64,000 nt of DNA from the NCBI GenBank assembly GCA_964016885.1, contig OZ024741.1:122450001-122514000 (forward strand). The letters run 5' to 3'. The DNA is from Eledone cirrhosa. Lineage: Eukaryota. The notes under the pieces are model-generated. The model searched no databases and had not been told where the DNA came from. It saw only the letters and a program-made list of their open reading frames with translations. This document shows, piece by piece, positions 52,328 through 64,000 of this stretch (its first letter is position 1; every line of letters begins with the position of its first letter). The position numbers were made by a program, and so were the translations under genes.

Positions 52328-52851
52328 CAGATCGCTCTCGAGTGCTACTGGTAACATGTAACGCAGTACAACATGTCCCATGGTCGGATCGTCGGCGACT
52401 AAACTGGCAACCCCACCAAGCTTGGTGAGCAGGGTGATATTTGGACAGCCTGCAGGGTGAAATACAAGACCCGTCAAAGGGAGGAGGAACTCGGCAGAGT
52501 CAACGGCCAGCCAAATAATACTTTTTTTTACCTAGGAATGAAAGGCCCCAGTTGTTGTCACAACATATTTCTAGGAGAGGAAAACTCTAAAAAAAACAAA
52601 AACTTCCGGCTTCGGAAGCATCCGATGATGTTGACCAATTCCCCTTTTCGGGTAGTGTTTTCGATGCCCAGAAAGTGGGATTGGTCGAGTGCAAGATCTT
52701 TCTTTCCCCACTTAAAAAAACCTTCAAAGCACAGGCATTGCTTGTTCAGGTTCTGTTACAGGTTCGTGTGCCTGGCCGTAGCCTAAAAGTGCACCAAACT
52801 CTATAAGCTGACAAGCAATTGCAATTCTCTTAGCAGAGTTTGCAGCCATCA
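52328..52851 (+). mobile_element. Non-autonomous RTE-derived element
   Basis: TCGTCGGCGACTAAACTGGCAACCCCACCAAGCTTG shared with 34850-34885; (TGTA)n tail. Confidence 0.72.
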
Positions 52852-52880
52852 TGTATGTATGTATGTATGTATATATGTAT

Positions 52881-54580
52881 GTTCTTCTGGTTTTATAATT
52901 GCACAAAGTTTTACCAATAGAGAGAGAGAGAGTCGGTTTCTAACATAGACACAAGACTTTTTCATTGGAATTTACACAACATCAACTAGTTAGATATGTA
53001 TGTATGCATGTATAGATATGGATGTTATTGTATGTGTGGATGTGGATGTTTTGAGTTGTATGTGTGCATGTGTATATGCTTTGTATCTGTACATGTGTAT
53101 ATGCAGTTATTAGATGCAACATTTTGGGAATGTTTTACATATTTTTACTGTTCCATAAATAATCACAGGCATAAATCTGAAGGTGTAATCAGGATGGAGT
53201 ATCTGCAGATTTTTCATCAGTTCTGCATAAATAATCTCCTTTTCACTAATCTTTGATATTATATTGGCATCTGTTGGGCAGCTAATTTCCACTACTGTGC
53301 ATGTTTTCTTCTCCATGTCCCATATCATAATATCTGGTCTGTTATGTCTGCATTTTATTGGGGTTTTTACTGGAACATTCCACCAGTACTCTTTCATATT
53401 ATGTACATGGATGTCTTCCACATTGTTGTAGCTTTTAATGTGTTTATTATCGGGGCTATCTTTTTTACGAACTGCATTGTACAGTGTTTTGGCCAATACA
53501 TCATGCCTCATAGGTAGATAGTACCGTGATGACATCTTTGGACAGCTGCTGATGACATGAGTGATATCCTCGATGTTAGTTTTGCAGAGTCTGCACTTGT
53601 TATCACATCTAGGTGTTTTGCTTGCATCCCTATCTCTTTTGTGAATCAGGTATTTCGTGCTAATCTCCTGTTCCTGGATTGCAAAAGCGTATCCTTCAAA
53701 GTGGGAGCCAATATAGCGGCTGTTGGTCCAAGATAGACTACTTTTGTTATCTATATTACTCTCACTCTGGAGCTTTCTGGCAACATATCCATGCATGATT
53801 TTTTGCTGATAGGCATGCAGTTTTCCATCCATGGATTCACTGCGATACTGCTGAGCGACTTCCCTGGGTGTGAGTTTTTAATTATCACACAGGGAATATC
53901 TCTCAAGAAGTTCCTTCACAACTCTCATGATCTTATCTGTTTCATGCAGATAGACTTGCTCGAGAAACGGGCTCCTACGCTTCGAGGTTCGTAGATGTTG
54001 TCGGAGAGATATGATGCGACATTCAAATGTTGCCTGGACTGATGTTAGGCCTCTGCCTCCCTGCTTACGTTTCAAGTAAAAGCGGTCTATGTCACTGTTG
54101 ATGTGGAAGTTTCCGGTGTTGTTCAGTATTTTTCGAGTTCCAACATCAACTGCTCGGATTTCGTCTATCGTCCAATTTAGTATTCCAAACGTTGGGGTTA
54201 GGACAGGCACAGCAAACACATTGTGAGCCACTGTTTTGTTTTGTGCAGAGAGTTCCGATACCAGATCTTTCTTAATCGGGTGTAGTATTCCCTGGTTACG
54301 CGTTCTTTATTACAGATACCATTATAGGATATATTCTCATCTATTCCCAGGTATCTGTAGCAGTCCTCATCAGATCTTGGTGAAACAGTTAGGCCATTGA
54401 TGACAATGTTGCTAGATTGGGTTGTTGTTTTCCCCCGCTTTACAGTCATGTATGAGCATTTATCTTGGCGAAACTCCATTCCTATATCCGTTGAGAACGT
54501 TGTAACCAGGTCAAGATTTTTCTTCACCCCGTCCATGTTCTTGGCATAGAGTTTCAGATCGCCAACAAAGAAATTATGGG
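52881..54580 (-). mobile_element. R4-like RLE element C, 5'-truncated in RT
   Basis: FVGDLKLY, YRYLG, GGRGL, CRLCKTNIEDITHVISSC, RPDIMIWD...VEISCP; (TATG)n on both sides. Confidence 0.9.
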
Positions 54581-54699
54581 TATGTATGTATGTATGTATG
54601 TACATATGTATGTATACATGAATGCATGTAGGTGTATATGTAAGCATGCATATAACTATTACGCATGATTGCATGCATGTCGATGTATGTGTGTACTAA

Positions 54700-54789
54700 T
54701 GGAGATGCAATCGGTTTCTAACATCGATACAATTCATTAGAATTTAGACAACATCAATCAGGTAAATATGTATGCATAGCTGATGCGTG

Positions 54790-54871
<82 letters not shown>

Positions 54872-55180
54872 TGTGTGTGTGTGTGTGTGTGTGTTATTGT
54901 AAGTGTGGATCTGTATGTTTTGAGGTATCTGTGTGCATGTGCATATGCTTTGTATTTTTACATATGTATATGCAGTTATTGCATGCAGAATTACTTTTGG
55001 AATGTTTTACATATTTTTACAGTTCAATTAATGAATTGTACTTGTAACTTCTCAACTAGTCGTGTTCTTTCTGGTCCTGTGAAGACCATCTTCTCAAAAT
55101 TTATACTGAGTTAGCTAGTAACATACCACAGAGACCCAATAGTTACAGGTATATATCTGAAGGTATAATCAGGGTGGGGT
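54700..55180 (-). mobile_element. Second 3' fragment of R4-like family C
   Basis: Matches 52930-53200 and retains a segment deleted in that copy. Confidence 0.8.
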
Positions 55181-55469
55181 GTCTGTCTGTATAGATACTT
55201 ACTTATATATACGTATGTGTTTGTCCGTATATAGATACACAGGCATGTATACATACAAACGCTCTCTCTCTCTCACACACACACACACACAAATTCATGC
55301 ACACACGCGCATGCAGCTATCATCTTCCTCACTATGGTCATCAGTTTATTTCTTATGTATATGGCTGACTGAATACACACATGTGTTCCCCCTTTTTTCT
55401 TATTTCTTACTTCGTTCCTTTCTTTTCTCACTTTTCACCTTTCTATTTTATCTTTTATTTGTAACTCTA

Positions 55470-55505
55470 TCTTCTGATGATGAACTAGTGTCCGAAATGT
55501 TAAGA
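55470..55505 (+). ncRNA. Minimal hammerhead-like motif, decayed
   Basis: CTGATGA-TGAAC-TAGT-GTCC-GAAA-TGT-TA-AGA. Confidence 0.45.
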
Positions 55506-56048
55506 CACTTTTCCTGCAATTTCACGCGTTAGACTAATAGATTTCTTCAATCTACTGTGTCGATTGCTTTGTTATTTCTTTTTACTTTTTACATATATAT
55601 GTACGCCTTTGTTCTGAATCCCGTATTATCAATATATGTATATAAGCAAGATATTCATATCTCAATATTTCGGTGTAATTAGGCGTAGCTGATGATTAAG
55701 AATAATTCTGAAATGCATTTATACAACCCTCATACATCGATATGCAGGTATCTGTGATCCGATCATAGATTAAACTTTCCACAGCGTCTCTATGTGTATA
55801 TTTATTTAACGTTAGAAATATTCACATTTAGCAACATACGTCATTGTAAGCCTCAAATCTCTGGGCTCGCACATGTGAATATCGATCAAAATATGTAAGT
55901 ATATAAAAATATAGGGCACAAACCTAACTCAAACTACTAGAAATATAGAAAATAGTACGTTAAAACACACACACGCACAGACACACACACACACACGCAC
56001 TCACACTCATACACACACTCACACACACACACACATACACACACATAC

Positions 56049-56107
<59 letters not shown>

Positions 56108-56870
56108 CACACGTAATATATATATATATATATATATATACACGTAATGTGGAAGTTGAGAGCATTTATATAGCCTATGTGTGTGTACGTATGACTGCGG
56201 GAAAACGTGTCAAAATCACTTATTTACAATATGATATAAATCCAATTGGCGTGTTTGTTTTCGAAGATAGTACACTCCCCAGTTACTCACTATTTACGCC
56301 AAAAGAATTTAGATGGTGGTATACGAGGGTTTCAGAGTAATGGTCTCTAGATTTTATGAGAATAGACACAATGTCATCGATTAATTAAACATGGTATTCG
56401 AGTAGCAGATTGGCAGAATCTGTAGAAATACGGACAAAATGCTCAGTTGTATTTAAATATGACTATGCACGTCGTGAGTTCAAATCCCATCGAGGTCAGC
56501 TTTGCCTTTCATATTTCTGTTGTCAATGAAATATAGTACCAGTTAAGTACTGGCTCGATATCATCGACGTATACCTTCTCCCACCCCTAAACTACTGGAC
56601 ATGTGCCTAAATTTGAAACAAATTAAACCCTTACACGAAACCTAGACAAATATCGTTGTCAATAACTTTATATATCCAACAGAAGCCACTCCCACAATTT
56701 GTTGATCTCTACAAAAGGCTGTTACTATTCTTATAATATAAGACATATAGAACATACGGTCAATGTCAAATCGTCTCCTCTCCCTCCTCTTCCTCCTCAT
56801 CATAATCACCATCACCATCACTATCATCTTCCTCACTATGGTCATCAGTTCATTTCTTATTATTGTAGAT

Positions 56871-57052
56871 GGATTGGCAGTATCGGTAGAGGGTCGGACG
56901 CCATGCTTTGACGCGTAGAGTTACGGCCCTTGCCATTCTGAGTTCAAATCCCGCCTAGGTTAACTTTGCCTTTCATCCTTACGAGGTCGATAAAATAAAG
57001 TACCAGTAATACACTGGGTAATTGGTGGCCTTGTGCCAAAAGTAGAAACAAT
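56871..57052 (+). mobile_element. SINE family 1
   Basis: Matches consensus; probable TSD ATTATTGTA. Confidence 0.9.
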
Positions 57053-57162
57053 TATTGTAAGTAAGCCAACAAATTATGAAAGCGGATCCATCTAACAAAG
57101 CCGGAACATTCCTTATCACATTACAAAGTATAAATAGTAAATACTCTCTCTCTTTCTCGCTA

Positions 57163-57227
<65 letters not shown>

Positions 57228-58749
57228 GAGTTAAACAAGATTCAATGAGTATATCAAAGAATGAGTTTTACAGTAGATTGGAAGCACGCTACGATTAAAT
57301 AATTTTCCAGAGTTATTAATATTAAAATTAAAATATTAATAAAATAGATGTTCTTTTGATCAATTACATTTTATTATACATATTTCGGATGTACAACAGT
57401 ACGTCCTCATCAGACAAAATATAATGATACATGACATACCCTGAGATGTTAAATGGTTAAGATATAATCAAGGTAGTGATTAACCTAAGAGAAAGTTTAA
57501 AATTTATACCCTAATAAGGAGAAAATGCGAAAACGTAATAAATTCAATAGAGAATGTGTGAGTAAAAAAAACGTTGATTAATGTAACTGTTATAGAGATT
57601 TTAAAATGTATGATACTACAATTTATGTTTATCTAGGAAAACAGTCAATGAGAGCCACTGGAATAGGATATATAGAGAGGGAAAGATATGTAGAAGGAGA
57701 TTTTTTCCGAAAGTTAAACGGTTAAGTTTAAAAATATTTAATTTATGCTATTTTAGGGTGAAGAATCAAGATTTTAGTTTTTTTTTTTAAATTGCTGGTT
57801 ATTTATATTTCTTAGATTTGTAAATTCTATAAGTGTGTTAACATTTCTAAACTTCTGAATTTTATGAGGATAACATTTAAAGGATTTAGCTGGCTAGCGG
57901 AAAGGAAAGTTTACACTTTTGAATATTTTCCTAAATGTAAACTTTACCGAAGATAATCATTGTCAACATATTTAGTGTGTAAATCTTATGAAGTACGTAT
58001 TGTTAGAAATATTTCAATAACGATTATGTATATAGATATATATTAATGAGCCAGTATATTTTAGGTAAATGATAACGAAAATAAAAATAAAATAATAGAT
58101 TGAGGCATGCTAAAGTTAAATATATATCTATATATGACAGGGTGTAAATGCATTAATTATTCATAGTTCGAAATAAATAATAATCAAGAAATTTAGAAGT
58201 TAACTAAAAATTATGTATAGAAAGATACAGGGAGGTATATATGGATATAAATTAGGTATTATTGATACAGTATACTTTAGGTAAATGATAACGGTTATAA
58301 TTTTATATAATAAAGTTCGAACGTGTTATAGTTATATACATATATATATATATAAGAAAAGCAATAATAAAGGCAAGGATAATTCAGAGTTCAAAATAAG
58401 GTCTATAATAATTTATAGTTTGTATATTTGATCTATATTTGAATCATGGATATAAAAATGCAGTAGGTATATTTGAAAACGTAGAAAATATAATTACATA
58501 CATATTATAAATAAGAGATAAAAAAACACATGAAAGATTCACAGTTAGAAATAAGTTCCGCAAAAATGTATGGGTTGGATATTAAACTAAAATTTAAAAC
58601 TTAGATAGGAAGATAAAGAGAGAGAAATAAAGAAATAATGGTATGGATCAAAGTTAATAATATTATGTCATGTATATCAATGTTCCGGCATGTTATTGAA
58701 CAAGTGTCTTTCATTCGAGCGTTATTTCTTCTATAGATAGTTATAAGAT

Positions 58750-58933
58750 AATTGTTTCTACTTTAGGCACAAGGCCAGCAATTACCCAGTGCATTACTGG
58801 TACTTTTATTTTATCGACCCCGTAAGGATGAAAGGCAAAGTGAACCACGGCGGGATTTGAACTCAGATCGTAAAGGGATGTAACTATGCTGGAAAGCATG
58901 GCGTCCGACCCTCCACCGATACTGCCAATCCAC
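58750..58933 (-). mobile_element. SINE family 1
   Basis: TSD AAGATAAT. Confidence 0.9.
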
Positions 58934-59177
58934 AAGATAATGCAATATTAAAGGCCATTAATGTTTTCCCTGTTGATTATATACGTCTGACAACCAAGTT
59001 TTTAATGGTTAAGTATTTCTCTCCCTTTTTTTCTCGTTTTGTGGGAGGCTAAGAATGTGGACGTAGCTTTATGGAGGCAACTAGAGAATAATTCACTTTT
59101 TTTTGTTAATTAGGGTCTCATAGTTATTAATAATCAACAGGGTATCCATTGTACAGAGCGCACAGTTATTTGATATA

Positions 59178-59244
59178 CTAGAGTTGCGGTAAACTCCATT
59201 CTTTGGACAAAACTTCGGAACTGTGGAGTTTACCGCAACTCTAG
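59178..59244. mobile_element. 67-bp micro-MITE
   Basis: Perfect 21-bp TIR CTAGAGTTGCGGTAAACTCCA with TA on both sides. Confidence 0.75.
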
Positions 59245-62200
59245 TAATAATTAAGCAACGTTTTTCTTACTCTCTATTGAATTTATTACGTTTTCGCATT
59301 TTCTCATTATTAGGGTATAAATGTTAAACTTTCTCTTAGGTTAATCACTACCTTGATTAAATCATAACCATTTAACATCTCAGGGTATATCATGTATCAT
59401 TATATGTTGTCTGATGACTGTTGTACATCCGAAATATGTATAATAAAATGTAATTGATCAAAAGAACATCTATTTTATTAATATTTGTATTTTAATATAT
59501 ATATATATATAATGACGGCGATGAATTTGTTTTGCAAGGTTTTTGATATGAGATCGTGTGTCGAAACAAATATTGTTATACTTGGGGAGGGTCATATTGT
59601 TTGGTTGGTTTTCACTTCTGTATTTTTTATATCTCCAAGATATAAAAGATATAGAAGCGAAAACCAACCAAACAGTGAGTGTGTTCCGTTATTATTTCTG
59701 GCAATATTATTACAACAATGTGACCCTTCCCAAATATATATATATCTGCGTTAATTTGTTTAGAAGAGTTGGAAAGTAATTGCCAAATCCGTAATGTGAT
59801 CTGTAAAAAAGAATGTGTTCTCTAGTGATGCCAATGTCGATTATATCTGAAAAAAGTTAGGGTGTGCGTACGTTGATAATAAATCCTACTGAAGCCTTTG
59901 TCTTGGTGATTAATGTGTTTGGTTCACGATCGTGACATTGTAAGTTCGATTCACTGTGGCACATTCTGTCCTTCACATTGCACAAGTCCATCAGTTGACA
60001 AAAGAAAATGAGTTCTTCTTGGAAATGAATGGTCCAGCCAAGTAACACGCGATGCCATATTAAATCTCCCTGTTAATCCCGTTAGTATACATGTGTCTGA
60101 AGAATGCTCAGTCCTTACACGTTAAGCGTGAGCAGGTTGTTCTGATGGTTAAACAACTCGAACAATCGACGTCGAAACTGAAGGAAGTCAAACAACAACA
60201 ATTCGAAGCGGTGCTTCTTTATTTGGTTTTCGTTTTAACTTTAGTGGAATGGACTTGCATCAGTTTCGACGATGATTGTTCTAGTTGTTCGATCAACAGA
60301 ACAGCTAGCACCTGAAATTACCGTGTAATTGGTTGAGCGTTCCATAGACAGGTGTACTCATTAAATAATTCTGAAGGAAATTCAGCGTGTGACTGTATGG
60401 AAAAAGCTGGCCTTTTGAATTACAGGTAAAGTCCATTCGATGATTTCCAAACAGATTCTGATTGCCCAGATTCACTCACATGTTATGAGCCGACATGAGG
60501 CTATGGTACTGGACACTTGGAATTGAACCAGGCACCTAATGATTGCAAATCAAACTTCTTAACCATTTGACCATGCTTCCTCTACGTGAGCTTAAAATTA
60601 TTAGATTCTTTGTCGGTACAAGTAGCAAATATAGATATTGAATGCTACTGGGGTTCCCTCAGGCTCTAGTTAATTTAATATATGTTTGTTAGAGGCTTGC
60701 GTGGACTGGTGGTTAGAGTGTTAGGCAAACAATCATAATGGTGCAGATTCGATTCTCGGACTGTCTGAACGGTGTGCTGCGTTCTTGAGTAGAACACTTC
60801 ACGTTGCTCCGGTTACCTTATGCAAATGTGTACCAGCAGTAGTAGCAGGTAGTTGGGGTTTAACCGTAAGTGAACTGCATTCTCCTTCAGGTGGAAGGGA
60901 ATTCTGCTTAGTTTGGTTGTCAGATTTCACTCACAAACTATTGGTAAATCCGAATGTACAGGACAAAAGACTAGTCTTCAAGAAAATGCCATGCACTTGG
61001 AACGAAGCTCGAACCATGTGGTTCCGAATCGAATTTCTTTATCGCTCGGTTATGCCTGCGTCTATAGATAAAAAAAGAACATAAACAAATATTTCCGTTG
61101 CCTTGGAAAAATTCACTAAAGAGAGTGGCCAGGAAGGAATACGTCGAAAGGAAATACCACATATCAGATGGAAAAATGAAGTGAGCAATAGACTGGGAAC
61201 TTACTAGCATACCAGAAAATCAAAGGTTGGTCGCTAGAGTTACCGGAAAGGGGGCAGTGTATATTTATTTATTGAACATAGATGGGTTTCGTGTAAAGAG
61301 ACTTACCACGGAAATTTACAAACAATAATTCTGTTGGTTTTAATCCTATTTTAAAATAATTGCAGTCATATGCCAGTTCCTTATATTTGTTTTTTTAAGG
61401 TTCCGTAATATTCTACACGATTAGCTTCAATGTTTCGGAACACTGAGTGTATTTCGAAAATTGCTCAGACTGCCGAGATATTGTTTTAAATGTTCCTGAA
61501 AAGGGTGGACCCACGAAGGAGAAAGATAATTTTCTAGACAACCCGCTAAATATATCAACTTATTTCAGTTATCAATAAAAGTATGGCAGTTGAATTTGTG
61601 TTTAAATTTAAATTCGCTTCTTCTGAAATCTAATTTCGTTCGTTTGATTTTGTATATTTTCCCGTCAAGTTCGATAGAATAAATACATATATTCGATAGA
61701 ATAAATACATATATTTTGCAGTGCCTATTTTCCTTTTCATTCAAATCATCTTGTTCATGGTGTCGAAAGGCCCAAAACTGGTGTCAATTCCTAGTCATCA
61801 ATTTCTACGCATGGAATAGATTCTATTGATGTTGGTCTTTATATATTGTTCTTAGTATATACAATGTAGATACAGCATAGTCGAATTATTAATGCGTTTG
61901 CTTCGCAATCATAAGATCTCGGATTCGACTCCACTGCGTGACATCTTCGATAGGCGTCTTTACCATAGACTCGGGTCGACCAAATTTTGCCAATAGCATT
62001 AGGTGCCTGTGTCTTTGGAATGTGCAGCCATTTTCACGTTACTTTCACTAAAGACATACATTTCACAAACTAATGATGCAGTAAATATTAAATTTAATTA
62101 TCCTAGTAATCTTGGAATCAATAATAACCAGTGGAGTAAACAGGTTGGTCATTATATGAATGCTTCACGTCTCTTACGTTGTGTATTACTTATTATAGAA

Positions 62201-62392
62201 GCGGAAGAGAATATCGAAATTATTGAATTTCTACCATTAACTTTCTTCCTATTCTTTCTAAAAAAACCATACAACATCACGTAGCTGTTCATATGTCTCT
62301 TCTCTTCAAATAAATGGTCATTGTATAATTCAACTGAGAGGATATAAAATGTCGACACTTAAGAGGTTAGTGCGATATATGATGTACTAGAA

Positions 62393-62533
62393 CAGGCATA
62401 AGCAACCTTTTTCAAGCGGTGGGGTACATAGAATGTGATTCATCACAAGGCGAGCTATTAAAAAATATCATGCAATCTTGACATTAGACGTGCCAAAACG
62501 AAAGCCAAATGAACCGTAGTTTGCCACTCACTG
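62393..62533. mobile_element. Possible hAT MITE remnant
   Basis: CAGGCATAAGCAACC ... AGTTTGCCACTCACTG degenerate TIRs. Confidence 0.35.
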
Positions 62534-63050
62534 AACTAGAGTGTAGGTTCCGCTACTCCATATTACTGCACCACATGAACTGCTATTCTACCAGTCAAAC
62601 ATTTATCAAATTGTATTTCCTCCACTGATCCCGGGTCCTGATCATGAACATTTAAACAGTTCACTATATATATCTCACTATGATTTGTATAACAGAATTA
62701 TTGCACAAAGGCGGTGAATTGGCAGAGTGGATTTGGGCGTCTGATTAAGAATGATTAGTTATTTGTCCCTGTTTAATGCACTCTGATTTCGAATGTCACT
62801 GACTTCAACTTTGCTTTTCATATCTTCGATGTCGATAAATAAAATGACAGTACAATACTAGGATCAATTCTTAATCTTTTTCTTCTCTTGCCCTCCCTCC
62901 CCACCATTATTTCTCTGGAGGAATTCAGCCGTGTTCAGAACTGGTGAGGAATATGTTCCCCCAAAGACACGCCGTGTATCAGGATGGTGCATCTAGGCCT
63001 CCATCAGGAGTTAAAAATACATTGTCACTGTCATTATTGCACAATATAAA

Positions 63051-63231
63051 GGCGGTGGATTGGCAGTATCGGTAGAGGGTCGGACATGCTTTCCAGCATA
63101 GTTACGTCCCTTTACGATCTGAGTTCAAATCCAACCGAGGTTAACTTTGCCTTTCATCCTTACGGGGTCGATAAAATAAAGTACCAGTAATGTACTGGGT
63201 AATTGCTGGCCTTGTGCCAATAGTAGAAACA
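63051..63231 (+). mobile_element. SINE family 1
   Basis: 18-bp TSD ATTATTGCACAATATAAA at 63033 and 63232. Confidence 0.95.
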
Positions 63232-64000
63232 ATTATTGCACAATATAAAACCGAATAGGAGAAAAATGTTTGTTCACAAACACAATACTCACTTGAAGAA
63301 GGATGGGGAGAAGACTTCCGTTTTATCAGCATCTCTTTATTAATTTGTTTAGATTAAGTGTTCTGCCATCAGCCTAATCAAGATTAAATCCAACTTTCAA
63401 ATGTTAACATTTCAATTGCCATTCTGTTTGCACTCAAATTATGACAATTAATATTTTCTTTTCTTAAGTGGACCTCTTCATAGGCGGAAAAAATGTAGGT
63501 TCATATTTAACTTCGACTTAGTTATATGTGAGCGTGTGTAGCTAAGTGGTTAGGGATGTTGAGTTCACTATCCTAAGGTCGCGAGGTCGATTCTCGACGA
63601 CAATGTGTTGTGCCTTTGAGAAAAACACTTAATTTCACATTGCTCCAGTTGACTCACCTTGGAAAGGTGAGTTGTACTTGAGATTCAAAGAGCCAACTTT
63701 ATTACTTAGAGAATCACGCTCAAAAGTCCTGAGATTTATGTTAAAGGTACACGTGTCTTTTGACTGTTCAGCCACTTGTACGTGAATAACATGAGTAAGC
63801 TGTTCCGTTGTTTGAAAACCTGGGACATACATCGCTAGAACTGAAGGAGATACAAACAAGGGTTATATATTTTATTCAAAGATTTAACCACGTAACAAAA
63901 GGTTTTATTTTAAATCTAAGATGTTGTGATACTATGGGTGCCTACTAATGTGAAACAAAAACGCGGACGACCTCTCAAGATATTAAAGAGAGTCATTGAG

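Larger units (their letters stand above)
57318..59498. mobile_element. Penelope-like element remnant bounded by inverted repeats of about 250 bp carrying hammerhead cores
   Basis: 57318-57582 is the reverse complement of 59249-59498; cores at 57374-57417(-) and 59408-59443(+), each followed by AATAAA. Confidence 0.75.

Noticed and set aside
61671-61714. Direct repeat of about 22 bp as a CRISPR-like unit
   Set aside because: Simple tandem duplication without spacer in eukaryotic DNA
63051-63140. tRNA gene (A and B boxes)
   Set aside because: SINE head with TSD; no cloverleaf

Overview
Eukaryotic, AT-rich, microsatellite-dense DNA. It is probably octopus or another cephalopod, inferred from the SINE families and repeat landscape but not verified. 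Most of the window is decayed transposons: five Tx1-group L1 LINE copies from two families, three R4/Dong-like RLE retrotransposon copies plus short 3' fragments, one Helitron (Rep-PIF1), Penelope-like remnants with hammerhead motifs, RTE-derived non-autonomous elements, many tRNA-derived SINEs and several MITEs. Five phase-consistent + strand exons (32360-48573) encode the TM segment and Tyr-motif-rich tail of a single-pass host protein. Main signals: (1) each LINE family sits in its own microsatellite type, and the targets are often tails of other retroelements; (2) minimal type I hammerhead ribozymes with long, structured stem II inserts; (3) a perfect splice donor at the ORF1/ORF2 junction in both Tx1 families. 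All comparisons were done by eye, so boundaries are approximate.
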